Counted from the stretch's first letter, positions 1 to 13,365 are shown. The stretch is 64,000 bases of DNA from Mobula hypostoma (GCF_963921235.1 NC_086097.1:138324001-138388000), one strand, 5' to 3'. Notes: generated by a model from the sequence alone, not told the origin. Numbers and translations: made by a program.

Positions 1-189
1 TGGTCGCAGCATAATGCACTAGGCATCAGACTGGTGCTCTTATATTAGAAGATGAGCGGCTTTAATATTGATTCTGTCATGAAAGAATGACCGAGGATTA
101 CAGTTAACTGCACAGTCATTATCCTGGCATTGTTCACAAGTCATCTGGTGCACAGTTGGGATGTTGAAATCTACACTGTGCAGAAATAC

Positions 190-1895
190 CAGGCCGCCCT
201 GTCTCAGTCTCTGCCACAGCTCCAGGCCTCGGTCACCTCCGCCTTCATGGACCTCTCTGTCATTTCATCCTCCGCTGGATCCATGCCTTCAACTGGTGGT
301 TCTTCCCCTTCCTTGCAACCAGTAAGGACTGTAAGACCGCCTATCTCCAGACCATGGATCCTGCTATCTCCAACTCTGGTTCCAACGGCCTTGGACGCCC
401 CCAGACCGTGGTCCCTGCTGCCTCAATTTGATCATTTGCCCACAGACCACAGATCTCACTGATTCCAACCCTGGCTCTGATGGCCCTGGGCATTTCTGGA
501 ACGGTGACACAATTGTCGCCAAGACCAGTTCCAACAACCCCCAGCAGATCCAGACCCCGGATTCCCACCAGAACCTATAGCCCTGGATGCCTTCAGACTG
601 CAAACTGTATGGCCTCCAGGTACAGCTCCAGCCTGGACCTCGTCTGCCAGCACCTCTAGGCCAAAACTTTCCTCGTTGCCACTGGGTTCCCAAGCTTTCC
701 TTCCCAACTCCCCAATGCTCCCCAACTCTTCCTCTGCTACAGTGACAAATGCATTGGTACTGCTTCATGCACCCATGCCGAGCTTGTCAATTTCATCAAC
801 TTTGCCTCTAACTTCCACCCTGCCCTTAAATTCACTTGGTCCATCTCTGACACCACCTTCCCCTTTCTCGATCTCTCTGTCTCCATCTCTGGAGACAAAC
901 TGTCAACCAAAATTTTTTATAAACTTACTGATTCCCATAGTTATTTTGACTACCTCTTCCCACTGTCTCCTTGTAAAAATGCTATTCACTTTTTTCAGTT
1001 CCTCCACATCTGTTACCAGGATGCAGCTTTCCTTTCCAAAGCATCAGAGATGTCTTCTCTCTTCAAACAATAGGGTTTCCCTTCCTTCACCATACATGCT
1101 GCCCTCATTCACATCTCCTCCATTTCCCCAACATCTGTGCTCACCCCATCCTCCCAACGCCTTAACAGTGATAGAGTTCCTCTTGTCCTTACCTACTACT
1201 CCATGAGCTTACACATTCAACACATCATCCTCCGCAACTTCCACCATCTCCAAAGGGATCCTACTACCAAACATATTTTTACCCCACCACTTTCCACAAG
1301 GATCACTCCCTCTGTAATTCCCTTACCCATTAGTCCCACCCCACTAATCTCCCTCCCGACACTTATCCTGCAAGCAGCCGAAGTGCTACACCTGCCCATT
1401 CACCTCCTCCCTCACCTCCATTCAGGGCCCCAAACAGTACTTTCAGATGAGACAACACTCCACCTGCGAATTTGCTGAGGTCACCTACTGTATCTGGTAA
1501 TCCCGATGCAATAAGATCTGTCGTAAATTTGGGGACCGCTTTGTTGATTACCTCTGCTCCATTCGCCAAAAGTGGAACTTTCTGGTGGCCAAACATTTTA
1601 ACTCCAATTCCCATTCCGATTCTAACATGTTGGTTCATGGCCTCCTCTTCTGCCATGAGGAGGACACCCTCAAGGCAACACCTTATATTCCATCTAAGTA
1701 GCCTCCAACCTGAAGGCATGAATATCAATTTCTCTGTCTGGCTAAAAAAATTCCCCCCCTCCCCCCCCCAGCTCCTCACCTGCCTATCACCTCCCCCGGG
1801 TCTCCCCCCACTTCCCTTTTTCCTATGGTCCACCCTCCTCTGCTATCAGATTCTTCCCTCCACAGTCCTTGACCATTCAAACCCACTTGGCTTCA
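190..1895 (+). mobile_element. Degraded Penelope-like retroelement (RT C-terminus, GIY-YIG endonuclease remnant, pyrimidine-rich 3' UTR)
   Basis: Frameshifted segments (LHIQHIILRNFHHLQRDPTTKHIF, QGPKQ, LSSLQPEGMNINFS) are homologous to the GIY-YIG ORF at 21548-22117. Confidence 0.85.
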
Positions 1896-2361
1896 CAGTT
1901 TCAAAATGGCAAATTTTACTGAGAACATCACAGCCGGAACTGTTCAAAGGACAAATGAAACAATTTTCTTTTGTCTCCCAGTCTCTCATGTGTACATGCA
2001 TGCTCCACTGCACCTTGATAGATACGAGCACAGAAAAAAAATATCACCTGCTAGATATTGCACAACTTAACTGCACCCTATCTAGTTAACTTAAAAGGGC
2101 CACAATCCAATACAAGGCTCCACAGAAAGCATTATTAAGGTTTCACCAAAAATAGTGCAGTATTCTGCAATTAGTTGATGAAAAATAAAATATTTTCTTC
2201 TCTTCACGTAACTGACAAAAATCAATAAAAAATTACATAGGAAGAATCATACACAATTTTACATTTATCTAATACTTCTTGCAACCTCAGAATAAGAATC
2301 AGATTTATTATCACTGACTTATACAACATAGAAGTTGTTGTTCTGCGGCATAATACTATGA

Positions 2362-2945
2362 ATTCCCATTAATTGGGGCACATTGGGACTGGTACATTTT
2401 GACCCAAATAAGTAGATGCCCCAATTAGCTGAAAAAAAGGCATAAGAAGACAAACTATCATTTAACTCAGTAACAAATTATGTATTTAAATTAAATATAA
2501 AACAAATTAAAACACTACAAATACAACTACAATGCTATAAAGCTGTGTATTAGTTCCCAATAGTTATCGACAGAGGAATTTGCGCTACCATGTTCTTTTG
2601 ATTGATTGTAAATGAACAAAATCAGCACGGATACTTAATACAGATAATGGACTGAATTCATACAATGATTTTGATGATTGTCAATATCTTCAAATACTTC
2701 GTAGTTTCTAACTTGTTGAAGTAGTGAAATTGTTTAATTTTCACTCCCGGACCTTTCTGGTATCTCCAAGCCTGAATGCTTGAAACAGCAGTGAGCAAAA
2801 CGGTTCTCAATTGTCTTACTGCTTAGTCCTCACCGACTATCAGTGACAAACATGAACAGAAACACTGGCAAATGATGCTATTTAAAACCAGTTGACTCTG
2901 AGTATAGTGTAGTATCTTATCAGCCACACCAGTGCATGCATTCAT
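2362..2945. mobile_element. Partial Tigger/pogo-like MITE
   Basis: Begins with a TTAATTGGGGCACATTGGGAC..CATTTTG motif that is the reverse complement of the right end of the MITE at 38743-39172 and of 13440-13609. Confidence 0.55.
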
Positions 2946-2949
2946 GGGC

Positions 2950-3510
2950 TGTTTGGAATTCTGAAGGTGGAGCGAGAAAAGCTGTTTTTTGAATTGTGGA
3001 CGAGAGGTATTCAGGCTCCATAAAGGTAGTAACAAGCATAGGCAGTCTTGGATGGTGGAAGTCCTAAGTGACAAAGGCACAACCTGTTGAACATGTCCTC
3101 GGTGGGATGGTTCTGCCTGTGATGGAACTGACTGTGCACAGGAGTCTCCATACCAGGTGGTGATGCAACCAGTCAGAATACACTGTAATCTACAGAAACT
3201 GTCAAGAGTCTTTGGTGACAAAATCCTCTCAAACTCCTAAAGAAGTACAGCCACTGCCATGCCTTCTTTGCGATTGTATCGAAGTGTTGAGCCCAGGTCA
3301 GATCCTCAAAGATGTTGATACCCAGGAGCTTAAAAGTTGCTCACCTCTTCCAACACTGACTCAACACTGAGGACTGGTGTATGTTCTCCCAATTCCCCCT
3401 TCCTGACGTCCACAGTCAATTCCTCAGTCTTGCTGACATTGAGTGTGAAATTGTTGTTGCAATTGACTCCACCAGAGTCGATCTATACATTCCTGTACAC
3501 CTCTTTGTTG
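2950..3510 (-). mobile_element. Rex1/Babar LINE fragment (RT C-terminus)
   Basis: Minus-strand peptide SPKTLDSFCRLQCILTGCITTWYG is homologous to the copy at 6193-7457. Confidence 0.75.
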
Positions 3511-4029
3511 CCATTGGAAGATTTCTCAGGATTTTCCAATGCTTTTACAAGTCAATAAATTACTTTTTGTACATTATCCAAGTTGTAATTACTGTGTATC
3601 AGTAGCCAAGTGGCACAATACAAGCTTCCACAAACAATCCAATCATAATTTGATCATTTGCTTGCTTGACTTTAGTTGAGAACTACATGACCAGGGAGAT
3701 CTCCCTCGCTGTTCTATAAAATCACATCGATGGGATCGCTTTCCATCCAGATGGGCCTCACTGGAAGATGGTAGTTCCCAGGGTCTAGCCATTCTCTTGA
3801 GGAGGACGTAAAACCTGCTGATTAAGTGATTCAAGGTACAGACATTTTCTAACAAAGACTGACATTCTTTGGGATGGTGGGGTGTCAGATATTACCGAAA
3901 TGCGAATTTGTTTGAATTTCATCATTTCTTTCGCTTTTATTTGAATCTTATGGTCATAGTCTTTCTACAACACATAATAAAAATGCACGAGGGCTCAGAG
4001 AAACCTAACTGGACTACTCTCCATCCACT

Positions 4030-6192
4030 GGAAATTTCGCATCCTGCCATTCTTCCCCACTTTCAACACTCAGTGGGTTTCAATGAGATCCCTCCACATT
4101 CTTCTAAATTCCAGTGAGTACAGGGCCAAAGCCGCCAAACGCTCATATGTTAACTCCTTCATTCCCGGAATCATCCTCATGAACCTCCTCAGGACTCTCT
4201 CCAGTGACAACACATCCTTTTTGAGATCTGTCTTATAAAGGGTCAGCAATATTTCCTTGCTTTTATATTCTATTCCCCTAGAAATAAATACCAACATCGC
4301 ATTTGCCTTCTTTACCATAGACTCAACCTGTAAATTATCCTTCTGGGAGGCTTGCACGAGGACTCCCAAGTCCTTCTGCACCTCTGATGTTTCAACCTGC
4401 TCCCCATTTAGATAAAAATCCAGATTATTGTTCCTTTTACCAAAATGCATTATCATACATTTCCCAACACTGTGTTCCATCTGCCACATTTTTGCCCATT
4501 CTTCCAATTTGTCTCAAGTCCTGGTGCAATTGCATTGCTTCCTCAGCCCTCTCGACCCCTCCACCTATCTCTGTATCATCCGGAAATTTTGCTACAAAGG
4601 CATCAATTCTGTTATCCAAATCATTGACAAGCAATGTGAAAAGTAGCGGACCCAAATCTGACCCCTGAGGAACACCACTAGTCATTGGCAGCCAGCCAGA
4701 AAAGGCCCCTCTTATTCCCACTCGTTACTTCCTTCCCGTCCGCCATACTGTAATCCATCCCAGTATCTTTCCTGTGACTCTATAGAATTTTATCTTGTTA
4801 AGCATCCTCATGTGTGGCACCTTATCAAACGCCTTCTGAAACTCCAAGTAAATGACATCCACTGCCTCTCCTTTGTTCACCCTGTTTGTTACCTCCTCAA
4901 AGAACTCTTAACAGATTTTTCAGGCAAGATTTCCCTTTACAGAAACCATGCTGACTTTGACTTATTTTATCACTTAGTCTCCAAGTACCCCAAAACTGGA
5001 TCCTTAATAATAGACTCCAACACTTTCCCATCAACTGAGATTAGGCTAACTAGCCTATAATTTCTTTTGCCCTCCTCCCTTCTTAAAGAGTATAGTGACA
5101 TATGCAATCTTCCAGTCCTCCGGGACCATGCCAGAATCAAGTGATTCTTGAAAGATCATGACCAATGCATACATCATCTCTTCAACAACCTTTCCCAGGA
5201 CCGTGGGATGTAGTCCATCTGGCCCGGGTGACTTGTCCACCTTTCAACTTGCCTAGCATTTTTTCCTTCGTAATTGCAATGGTACTCCTGCTCCCTGACA
5301 GTCACAGACATCTGGCACACTGTTGGTGTCTTCTACAGTGAAGACTGATGCAAAGTACACATTAAGTTCACCTGCCATTTCTTTACCCCCATTACAACCT
5401 CACCAGCACCATTTTCCAGTGGTCCAATATCAGCTCTCACCTCTCTTTTACTCTTTATATACCTGAAAAAAACTCTTACCATCCTGCTTTATATTATTGG
5501 CTAGTCTGCCGTCGTATTTCATCTTTTCCCTTCTTATAGCTTTTCAGTGGCCTTTTGTTGGATTTTAAAAGCTTCCCAATCATCCAATTTCCCACTCACT
5601 TTTGCTACCTTATATGCCCTTTCCTTGGTTTTTATGTAGTCATTAACTTCCCTTGTCAGCCACGGTTGCCTACCCCTGCCGTTTTGAGATCTTCTTCCTC
5701 TGTGGGACACAACTATCTATACTTTGTGAACTATTCCCAGAAACTTCAGCCATCTCTGCTCAACCATCATCCTCGCCAGGATCCTCCTCCAATCCACCTG
5801 GAGAAGCTCCCCTCTCATGCCTCTGCAATTCCCTTTATCCCAGTGTGATACTGATACATGTGACTTCTGCTTCTCCTTCTCAAATTGCAGTATGAATTCA
5901 GTTTATATTATGATCACTGCCTCCTAAGGGTTCTTTTACAGTAAGCTCCCAAATAAGATCTGGGTTATTACACAAGACCCAATCTAAGATAGCTTTCCCC
6001 CCCCCCCGAGTACGCTCAAGCACAAGCTGCTCTAAAACGCCATCTCATAAGCATTCAACAAACTCCCTCTCTTGCGATCCGACAGCAACCTGATTTTCCC
6101 TAATCCCCTTGCATATTAAAACCCACCATTACAATTATGTTATTAACTTTATTACATGCCTTTTCCAGCTCCCTTTGCAATCTCAACCTCAC
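4030..6192 (-). mobile_element. Degraded CR1 LINE ORF2 (continues at 7458-7632 beyond a Rex1 insertion)
   Basis: Peptides SGVPQGSDLGPLLF..FPDDTEIGG, KSPGPDGLHP..SGMVPEDWKIA and WAKMWQM..KCMIMHFG. Confidence 0.93.
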
Positions 6193-7457
6193 CTCAATAA
6201 TAAGCAAATGCTTTAAGAGGCTGGTCAAGGACTACATCTGCAACATGCTGCCACCTACACTGGACCCCCTACAATTTGCCTACTGACACAACCAATCGAC
6301 AAATGACACAATAGCCACAGCTCTACACACCGCCCTTACATATCTGGAGAAGAGGGATGCTTATGTGAAAATGCTGTTCTTGGACTACAGTTCAGCATTC
6401 AACACCATAATTCCCTTTAGGCTTTACGAGAAACTCAGAGACCTCGGCCTTCACCCTGCTTTGTATAGCTGGATCCTGGACTTCCTGTCAAATTGCCGGC
6501 AGGAGGTAAGAGTGGGCTCCCTCACCTCTATCCCTCTCTCCGTCAACACAGGAGCCCCTCATGGTTGTGTACTAAGCTCCCTCCTTTACTCTCTGTATAC
6601 CCATGACTGTATCACCACCCACAGCTCCAATCTGCTAATTAAATTCACTGACAACTGATTGGTCTAATCTCAAATAATAATGAGGCAGCTTTCAGAGAGG
6701 AAGACATCACCCTGACACAGTGATGTCAAGAAAACAATCTCTCCCTCAAAAAGACAAAGGAGTTGGTTGTGGAATACAGGAGGAATGGAGACACGCTAAC
6801 CCCTACAGATGTCAATGGATCTGGGGTTGAGAGGGTGAACAGGTTTAAGTTCCTCGGCATCCACATCATCGAGGATCTCAAGTCGTCTGCACATACAAGC
6901 TGTGTGGTGAGAAAGGTACAACAGCATCTCTTTCCCCTCAGAGGGTTGAAGAAGTTTGGTATGGACTCCCAAATTCTAGAATTTTCTATAGGGGCACAAT
7001 TGAGAGCTTCCTGATGGGCTGCATCGCTGCCTGGTATGGGAACTGTACTTCCCTCAATCGCGGGACACTGCAGAGAGTGGTGCGGACAGCTCAGCGCATC
7101 TGTAGATGTGAACTTCCCATCATTCAGGACACTTACAAAGACAAATGTGTAAAAAGGGCCTGAAGGATCACTGGAGACCCGCGTCACCCCAATCACAAAT
7201 TGTTCCAGCTGCTACCATCCGGAAAACTGTACCGCAACTTAAAAGCCAGGACTAACAGGCTTCGGGACAGCTTCTTCCACCAGGCCATCAGACTGCTTAA
7301 TTCATGCTGACATAACTGTACTTCTATGTTATATTGACTATCCTGTTGTACATATTATAAATTACTATAATTGCACATTTGAACTGAGACGTAACGCAAA
7401 GATTTTTACTCCTCGTGTATTTGAAGGATGTAAGTAATAAGAGTCAATTCAATTCAA
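6193..7457 (+). mobile_element. 5'-truncated Rex1/Babar LINE inserted into a CR1
   Basis: Peptides MLFLDYSSAFNTIIP, TGAPHGCVLSSLLYSLYTHDC..KFTD and ERVNRFKFLGIHI; 3' tail is a (CAATT)n repeat. Confidence 0.92.
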
Positions 7458-7632
7458 TCATGGCTACTATTTGGAGGCCAATATATGATTCCCATAAAGT
7501 TTATTTTTACCTTTTCAGTTTCTTCACTCCACTCACAAAGATTCAACATTTTCTGACCCTATGTCACCTCTTTCTGAAGATGTAATTCCATCTCTTAACA
7601 ACAGAGCCACACAACTGCCTATGCCTTCCTGC
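7458..7632 (-). mobile_element. CR1 endonuclease-region fragment, continuation of 4030-6192
   Basis: Peptide QEGIGSCVALLLRDGITSSERGDIGSENVESL is typical of the CR1 APE domain. Confidence 0.7.
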
Positions 7633-8290
7633 CATGGCTCCTCCATATTTTGACAGTCAAAGCAAGGATAGAAGGCATTGAACTCATCTGGAAGTGAAGA
7701 CCTCTTGTCACCTCTATTGCCTGATTTAACTCTAGAAGTTAAAGAGGTGATAGCATTCAAGCCACAACTGTTGAGCATCCTTTGTTGATTAAATTTTAGT
7801 CCAGAATTGCATCTTCGTCTGTGAGATGGCTTTCTGGAGATCGTATCTGAACCTCAAGCTTTCTCAGTTACCAGTCTTGAATGCCTGCAGCAGATTGTGG
7901 ATCTCATGGTTCATCCAGGGATTCTGTTTGGGGATGACTGAATGATTTTGTGGGGACACATTCATGTTAATAAAGTCCATGACAACCATGATGTATTCAC
8001 TCAGATCCACAGTTGAGTCCTTGAACAAAGCAATCCATAGCCACTCCTTTGCCTTCTGTGAATACCTCTTAGTTGTCTTGATCTCTGGAGCTTTAGTCTT
8101 TAGCCTCTGCCTGTATGCAGGTTAGGAGAAGGGCAGCCAAGTGATCAGATTTACCGAAATGTGGTGTAGGCATGAAATGATAGGCATTCCCTATCTTAGT
8201 ACAACAATTGTCCAGTGTGTTGGGACCTCTGGTGCTACAGGTTATATGCTGATGGAAATTGAGCAGGGTTTTCTTCAAACAACACTGATA
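7633..8290 (-). mobile_element. Rex1/Babar LINE fragment (APE end and linker)
   Basis: Peptides HQHITCSTRGPNTLD..PHFGKSDHLAALL and SSLPDEFNAFYPCFD. Confidence 0.8.
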
Positions 8291-9244
8291 CTTTTCAGAG
8301 TTTCCATTTATTCCTTTCTCCTCACCCCCCCCCCCCATACACTGAATGATTCTTCCTTTGGTATCAGATTCCATAAACTCAAACTTCAAGGTAAGTTTTT
8401 CTTGAAGTTCCACGGTGTACTTAGCTCCTGGTTCTTCTCCCCTGCACAAAAGGTAGCATGTCCGCTTTTGCTGAATGAGCTCTACTGAATTCTGAAGACA
8501 AGCAGATACCTGAGGGGGGTGGAAAATGGGCTTAGAATACAGGATCAATCATGATCTTTAATGACAGAGCAAGCTGAAGGAGTCAGATGGAGATCTCACA
8601 ATGCCACATATTCTTTATTTGATTATATCTCACATAGTTCATTTCGAGAAAAGAAGAATCCCAGTCATTTCAATTTGGTCTAATTGGCATAACACCAATG
8701 CCTTTACCCCTCTCATAACCTAGAGGCAATATTTCCTGTCTCCCACACCCCTTTTCCAGGTCTGTTTGACTAGCACTCCTTTTTAATAAAGATGCTGTTA
8801 CCACAGCCTTTGATTTTAGTTATTTCTGAAATTCATAACTGGTGGTTTACATTCCTCCTCGCCACTTGTTGATTTGTTATATTCTCTGTTTTTATATGAA
8901 TGTTGAAATCTGACATTCAATTAAATTTCATCACAAACATGCCTTAAAAGATTGTAAACACAGGAAGCTAATGTATTTAACCTCCATCAGGAGGAAATTA
9001 AAAGTTTATACTTGAAATTAAGGAGACTGAATGGAGAAATTGGAGGAAAAGTAAACAACGAATGGTTGTCTTTTCAAATAAACTTCACTGAACTACATTC
9101 TCCCGTAAAGAAGGGATGAGACTCATTTCTGCCACATTCTCATTGTGGTTAAGTTAACAGCAGCTTAAGTTTAATAGTAATTTCATGATGAAGTAACTGT
9201 TCCAAGTAAGGTCAGTCTGAGTTTAATTGTAAGTTACAAGCAAA

Positions 9245-9345
9245 AGCAAAATGAAAACAAAAATTGCCAGAAACATTCAACAGATCAGGTAGCATCTATG
9301 GAAAGAGGAACAGAGTTAACCCTTCATCAGAACTGAGAGAGTGAG
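9245..9345 (-). mobile_element. Solo PLE 3'-end remnant with a broken hammerhead motif
   Basis: CAGATCAGGTAGCATCTATGGAAAGAGGAACAG...CCCTTCATCAGAACT resembles the PLE termini elsewhere. CTGATGAAGGG is present on the minus strand but the GAAAC half is missing. Confidence 0.6.
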
Positions 9346-10029
9346 AAAGAACGTTTGTTTGGGGGGGGAGAGGAAGAGGAAGAGAAAGAGAGACAGAGAG
9401 ACAGATAGATATACATATATGGGTAAGGCAAGGGAAACGTCTATGACAGGGAGAAGCCTCAACTGCCTAGTGACATACAGTTTACAAAGCCACATGACTG
9501 ACAGATTAATGAGGGCAGTTATTGTGAAAGCAAATAAACAGACGTGGAAAAGCTGTGAAATGCAGCCCAAAGCCGCTGCAGAGAACTAAATAGATAAAAT
9601 ATTTGGCTTTCTTTCAGGTAGTGTTATTTTAAAAGACAATATGTTAAGTCAAAGGCTGTTCTGGTGTGATGGGTTTTAAACAACACACATAAGCTTACTT
9701 CCTACTGGTACTGGTTTTTAATTGTCACATGTACAGAGGTACAGTAAAAAGCTTAGTTTTACAAGCCATCCGTACATTCGACTACCAAACAAATACCACA
9801 TAAAATATTAAAAATTGTGCATAGATCACTTTGGTAAAATCAATCAGAAATGGAATAAATCTAGTAAATGTCAAAAGGCTCAAAGTGACTAGATGGTATT
9901 AAGTTTCATTATATTTTACTCCAGCCTCAACAGCTGCTCTGTACCATTGTTCACAATAAACCAGTGACATTGTTTTCTAATAACCACCTGTAGAACAATA
10001 ATTACATTTACAAATATCAAATATAAACA

Positions 10030-10775
10030 CCAGGAGATCTGATGCCCGTACAACTGCCCTGAATGCGAGGTTGGATCATTCTGGGTGCTGACAGACATCC
10101 GGATAGAGGAGATCTGATACCCGTACAACTGACCTGAGTGTGAGGTTGGATCACTCTGGGCATCGAGTTGATTTGAAGAGCTTGACAGCTGCTTCGGGTT
10201 GGACAGAGAAATCTGGGCCCAGAGCTAGTCGCTGGGTGGCTTGGTCTAGACCCCGAGCTCTTCGCAGCAGCCACTCCACAGTGCAAAGCACGATCCGCTG
10301 TTGACAATTTTAACGCCAGCCCAAATTGGAGGTGAGAGCCATTTTGCTTGCTCTCCTCATTGTTCACTCCTCTCTCTGGGATGCCAGAACCTTTCGCTGT
10401 TTTGTTGTTTAGTCAATTTAAAATCCAGCCCAGTTAGACTGAAAAGACAGGATGTTGGGCTCCGAAGTACGAGCTGATTTCACTCACTCTCTGCCATGCT
10501 CATTCTCTCTCCATGAAATAGAGGCTTTGGGCCTTTCCCGATTGCTCCAGGGTTTGGATCTGAGGTCTCAGTTTGGTTCAGAATGTTGTTGTTCGCTTAA
10601 TTTGTTTGCAAATTTTGTGGGTCCCCTCCCCCTTTCTCTTGCGCATTGGGTGCTGGCCTGTTATTTTTTTTCTTTAATTGGGTTCTTTTGGGTTTTTTGC
10701 TTTGTGGCTACCCGTAAGCAAACAAATCTCAAGGTTGTATAATTTATACATTCTTTGGTACTAAATGTACATTGA
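10030..10775 (+). mobile_element. Non-coding retroposon with a Rex1-type 3' tail and an internal 75-nt tandem duplication
   Basis: The tail GTAAGCAAACAAATCTCAAGGTTGTATAAT..TACATTCTTTGGTACTAAATGTAC resembles the Rex1 tail near 25050-25120. The unit AGGAGATCTGAT.CCCGTACAACTG starts at both 10032 and 10107. Confidence 0.55.
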
Positions 10776-11957
10776 ATGGAAGTACAAGTACAAGATGACC
10801 AAAAGAAAATATGCATAATTGAGGGCTTCCTAACAGTAGCACAGATTTTTAAGATGTGCTGAATATACAGTTGAAAGAAGAAGTTTCTGAACCTTTTGCA
10901 ATAACCTGGTTTTCTGCATTAATTACTAATAAAATGTGGTCTGATCTTCATCCAAGTCACAATAATAGACAAACACAAATCTGCCGAAACTAATAACACA
11001 AACAATTGTACTTCTTCTCGTCAATACTGAGTAGACCATTCAAACAATCACAGTCCAGGTTCTAAAAGTATGTGAACATATGGGGCAATGCCATCTACAA
11101 AAGCAATCTAAAACCAGATGTTCCAATCAATGAGATGAAATTGGAGGGGTTGATTGTAGAGGTGCCCTGCTCAACAAAAAAAAAGGCACACAACACAAAG
11201 TCAAGGTTACTGTCAGAGCCTGCTCTTCTCAAGAGAGATCTGTTTATGTACACCAAGCCTCGATCAAAACAACTTTCAGAAGACATTAGAAGAAGAATTG
11301 TAGAGACGAATGAAGCTGGAAAAGGCTACAAAAGCATTTCTAAAGACCTGAGTATTCATCAGTCCACAGAAAGTAAATTGTCTACCAATGGAGGAAATTC
11401 AGTACTGTTGCTACTCTCCCTAGGAATGGGAATCCTGCAAAGATCATACTGAAAGCACAATGTGTAATGCCAAAGGAGGTGGAAAAGAACGCAAGGATAA
11501 CAGCAAAAGACTTGCAGAAATCTCTAGAATTTGCTAAGGTCTATGATCACATGTCCACTACACCCTTATGGTCTGTTTTAAAGAATATCTATGTTTTTTT
11601 GTTGTAATTTTGTCCTATGAAATCATCGTTGAAAATGATGCTTTTTGTTATGTTTGTACTGACCGAAATAAATTTCATTTATTCAAAAAAACATTGAACA
11701 ACAATGGTGTTCTTGGAAGGACACTACTGCTCTCCAAAAAAGCATGTCTGCATGTCTCAGGTTTGCAGAAGACCACCTGAATGTTCCACAATGCTTCTGG
11801 GACAATGTTTTGTGGATAGATGAGACAAAAGTTGAAATTTTTGGCAAAATCCACACCACCATGCTTGGAGGAAAAAAGGCACTACACACCAACACCAAAA
11901 CCTCATCCCAAGTGTGAAGCATGGTATAAGGAACATCATGGTTTGGGGCTGCTTTGC

Positions 11958-12201
11958 AGAGGAGAGCCATCCGTAGTACCACCGATGCGGTAGAAAGGGC
12001 CTCAAGATGGCTGTGGCTCAAAAGAGGGGAGCCATGGAGTCATAAGTAGCTAGCCATCTGGACACAAGCTGGGGTCTGATCAGCCCCGGCTGGGTCACCT
12101 GGAGGAGGTTGTATGATGTTGAAAGACCCGAAACACCCGATGTTTCCAGGAACATCACTGAAGATGTGTCCAGAAGCATCAATAGATGTATGTACACAGC
12201 A
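11958..12201 (+). mobile_element. 3' end of a HERO-like (RLE-type) non-LTR retrotransposon with a 13-bp TSD
   Basis: Reads AIRSTTDAVERASRWLWLKRGEPWSHK* followed by a 3' UTR. It is flanked by exact GGGGCTGCTTTGC at 11945-11957 and 12202-12214. The clade call is from memory of the ASRWLW C-terminus. Confidence 0.7.
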
Positions 12202-12386
12202 GGGGCTGCTTTGCTGCCTCAGGGCCTGGACAGTTTGCAATTCAAAATTGTATTGAGACATTTAACAAGAGAGTGTCAGGGTAGCGGTCCATCACCTGAA
12301 GCTTAACAAAAGTTGGATGATGCAACAAGACAATGATCCAAAACACAAGAGTAAATCAACAACTGAAAGGCTTAAAAAGGAAATCA

Positions 12387-12620
12387 AATCACAAGCAAGA
12401 GAAAATCTGCAGATGCAGGAAATCCAAGCAACATACACAAAATGCTGGAGGAACTCAGCAGGCCAGGCAGCATCTGTGGAAAAAAAAGTACAGTTGACGT
12501 TTCAGGCCAAGACCCTTTGGGCTTAGTCCTGCCAAGGGTCTCAATCCGAAATGTCGACTACTTTTTTCCAGAGGTGCTGCCTGGCATACTCAGATCCTCC
12601 AGCATTTTGTGTGTGTTGCT
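12387..12620. mobile_element. Short fold-back element made of two inverted PLE termini with hammerhead remnants, inserted in the Tc1 transposase
   Basis: The left arm (CACAAAATGCTGGAGGAACTCAGCAGGCCAGGCAGCATC..GACGTTTCAGGCCAAGACCCTT) is the approximate reverse complement of the right arm (AGTCCTGCCAAGGGTCTCAATCCGAAATGTCGACT..CCTCCAGCATTTTGTGTG). The centre is near 12523. Confidence 0.88.
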
Positions 12621-13024
12621 AAAAAGAAAAAAAATCATTGTTTGGCATGGCCAAGTCAGAGTCCAGACTTTAATCCAATTGAGATGCTGTGGCATGACCT
12701 GAAGACTGTTCATCCAAGATATACCAGAAATACTGATGAACTGAAACAGTTTTGTATGGAGGAATGATCTAAAATTCCTCCTCACTGTTGTTCAAATTTG
12801 GTCAGCAGCTACAGGAAACATTTGGTGAAGGTTATTACTGCTAAAGGAGGTTCTACCAGTTATTAAATACAAGTCTTCCCATACTTTCTTCCCCCCAGCC
12901 TGGAATGTGAATGATTAAACAATGTGTTCAATAAAGAAATGAAAATTACAATTGTTTGTGATTATTAGTTTAGGCAGGTTGTGTTTACCTATTATTGTAA
13001 CTTAGATGAAGATCAGACCACATT

Positions 13025-13365
13025 GTGGGCAAGTGCCTGGGTTGTGGCAAAGCTCTCTCTGGTCCACTCTGCAATGTTGTCTGCCCATTTCTTTGTCTCT
13101 CTGCCCCATTTTCTTTTCCCCATTCCCTGAAGAATGCTAGCTTTGCTGCTGCTTATGCATGGGAGGGGGGAGCTGTGAAGCAGGGGGCTATGGGGTTCTA
13201 ACATTTAACTGTCATTCATTCTTTGGGGCACTCCTCTGTTTTCATGATTGTTTGCGAAGAAAAAGAATTTCAGGATGTATATTGCAAACATTTCTCGAAC
13301 ATTAAGTGTACCCATTGAGAGTCCACTGGATCTTGTTATGTGGCCATGCCATCTCATTTTCCTCT
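13025..13365 (-). mobile_element. RTE-clade LINE C-terminal fragment, interrupted at about 13137-13319 by a plus-strand retroposon tail
   Basis: Peptides KRKMRWHGHITRSSGLS and ILQGMGKRKWGRETKKWADNIAEWT. The insert matches 44320-44500. Confidence 0.7.

Larger units (their letters stand above)
10868..13024 (+). mobile_element. Tc1-family DNA transposon with a dead transposase, long TIRs (right TIR truncated) and three nested insertions
   Basis: Starts TA|CAGTTGAAAG. 10930-11075 is inverted at about 12880-13024. Peptides PRSKQLSEDIRRRIVE..GKGYKSISK, WIDETKVEIFG and MQQDNDPKHKSKST. Confidence 0.92.

Noticed and set aside
9197..9215. Minus-strand TACTTGGAACA|GT resembling the end of the next EMC2 exon (YLEQ)
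   Set aside because: The upstream sequence does not encode RKRKIAI..RELNE, so this is a chance match.
10032..10170. CRISPR-like repeat-spacer array
   Set aside because: There are only two units, the context is a vertebrate intron, and there are no cas genes.
12060..12170. Hammerhead-like words (CTGATCA, CGAAAC, CTGAAGA) in the HERO-like 3' UTR
   Set aside because: I could not assemble stems I-III with the correct order and spacing around a complete core.
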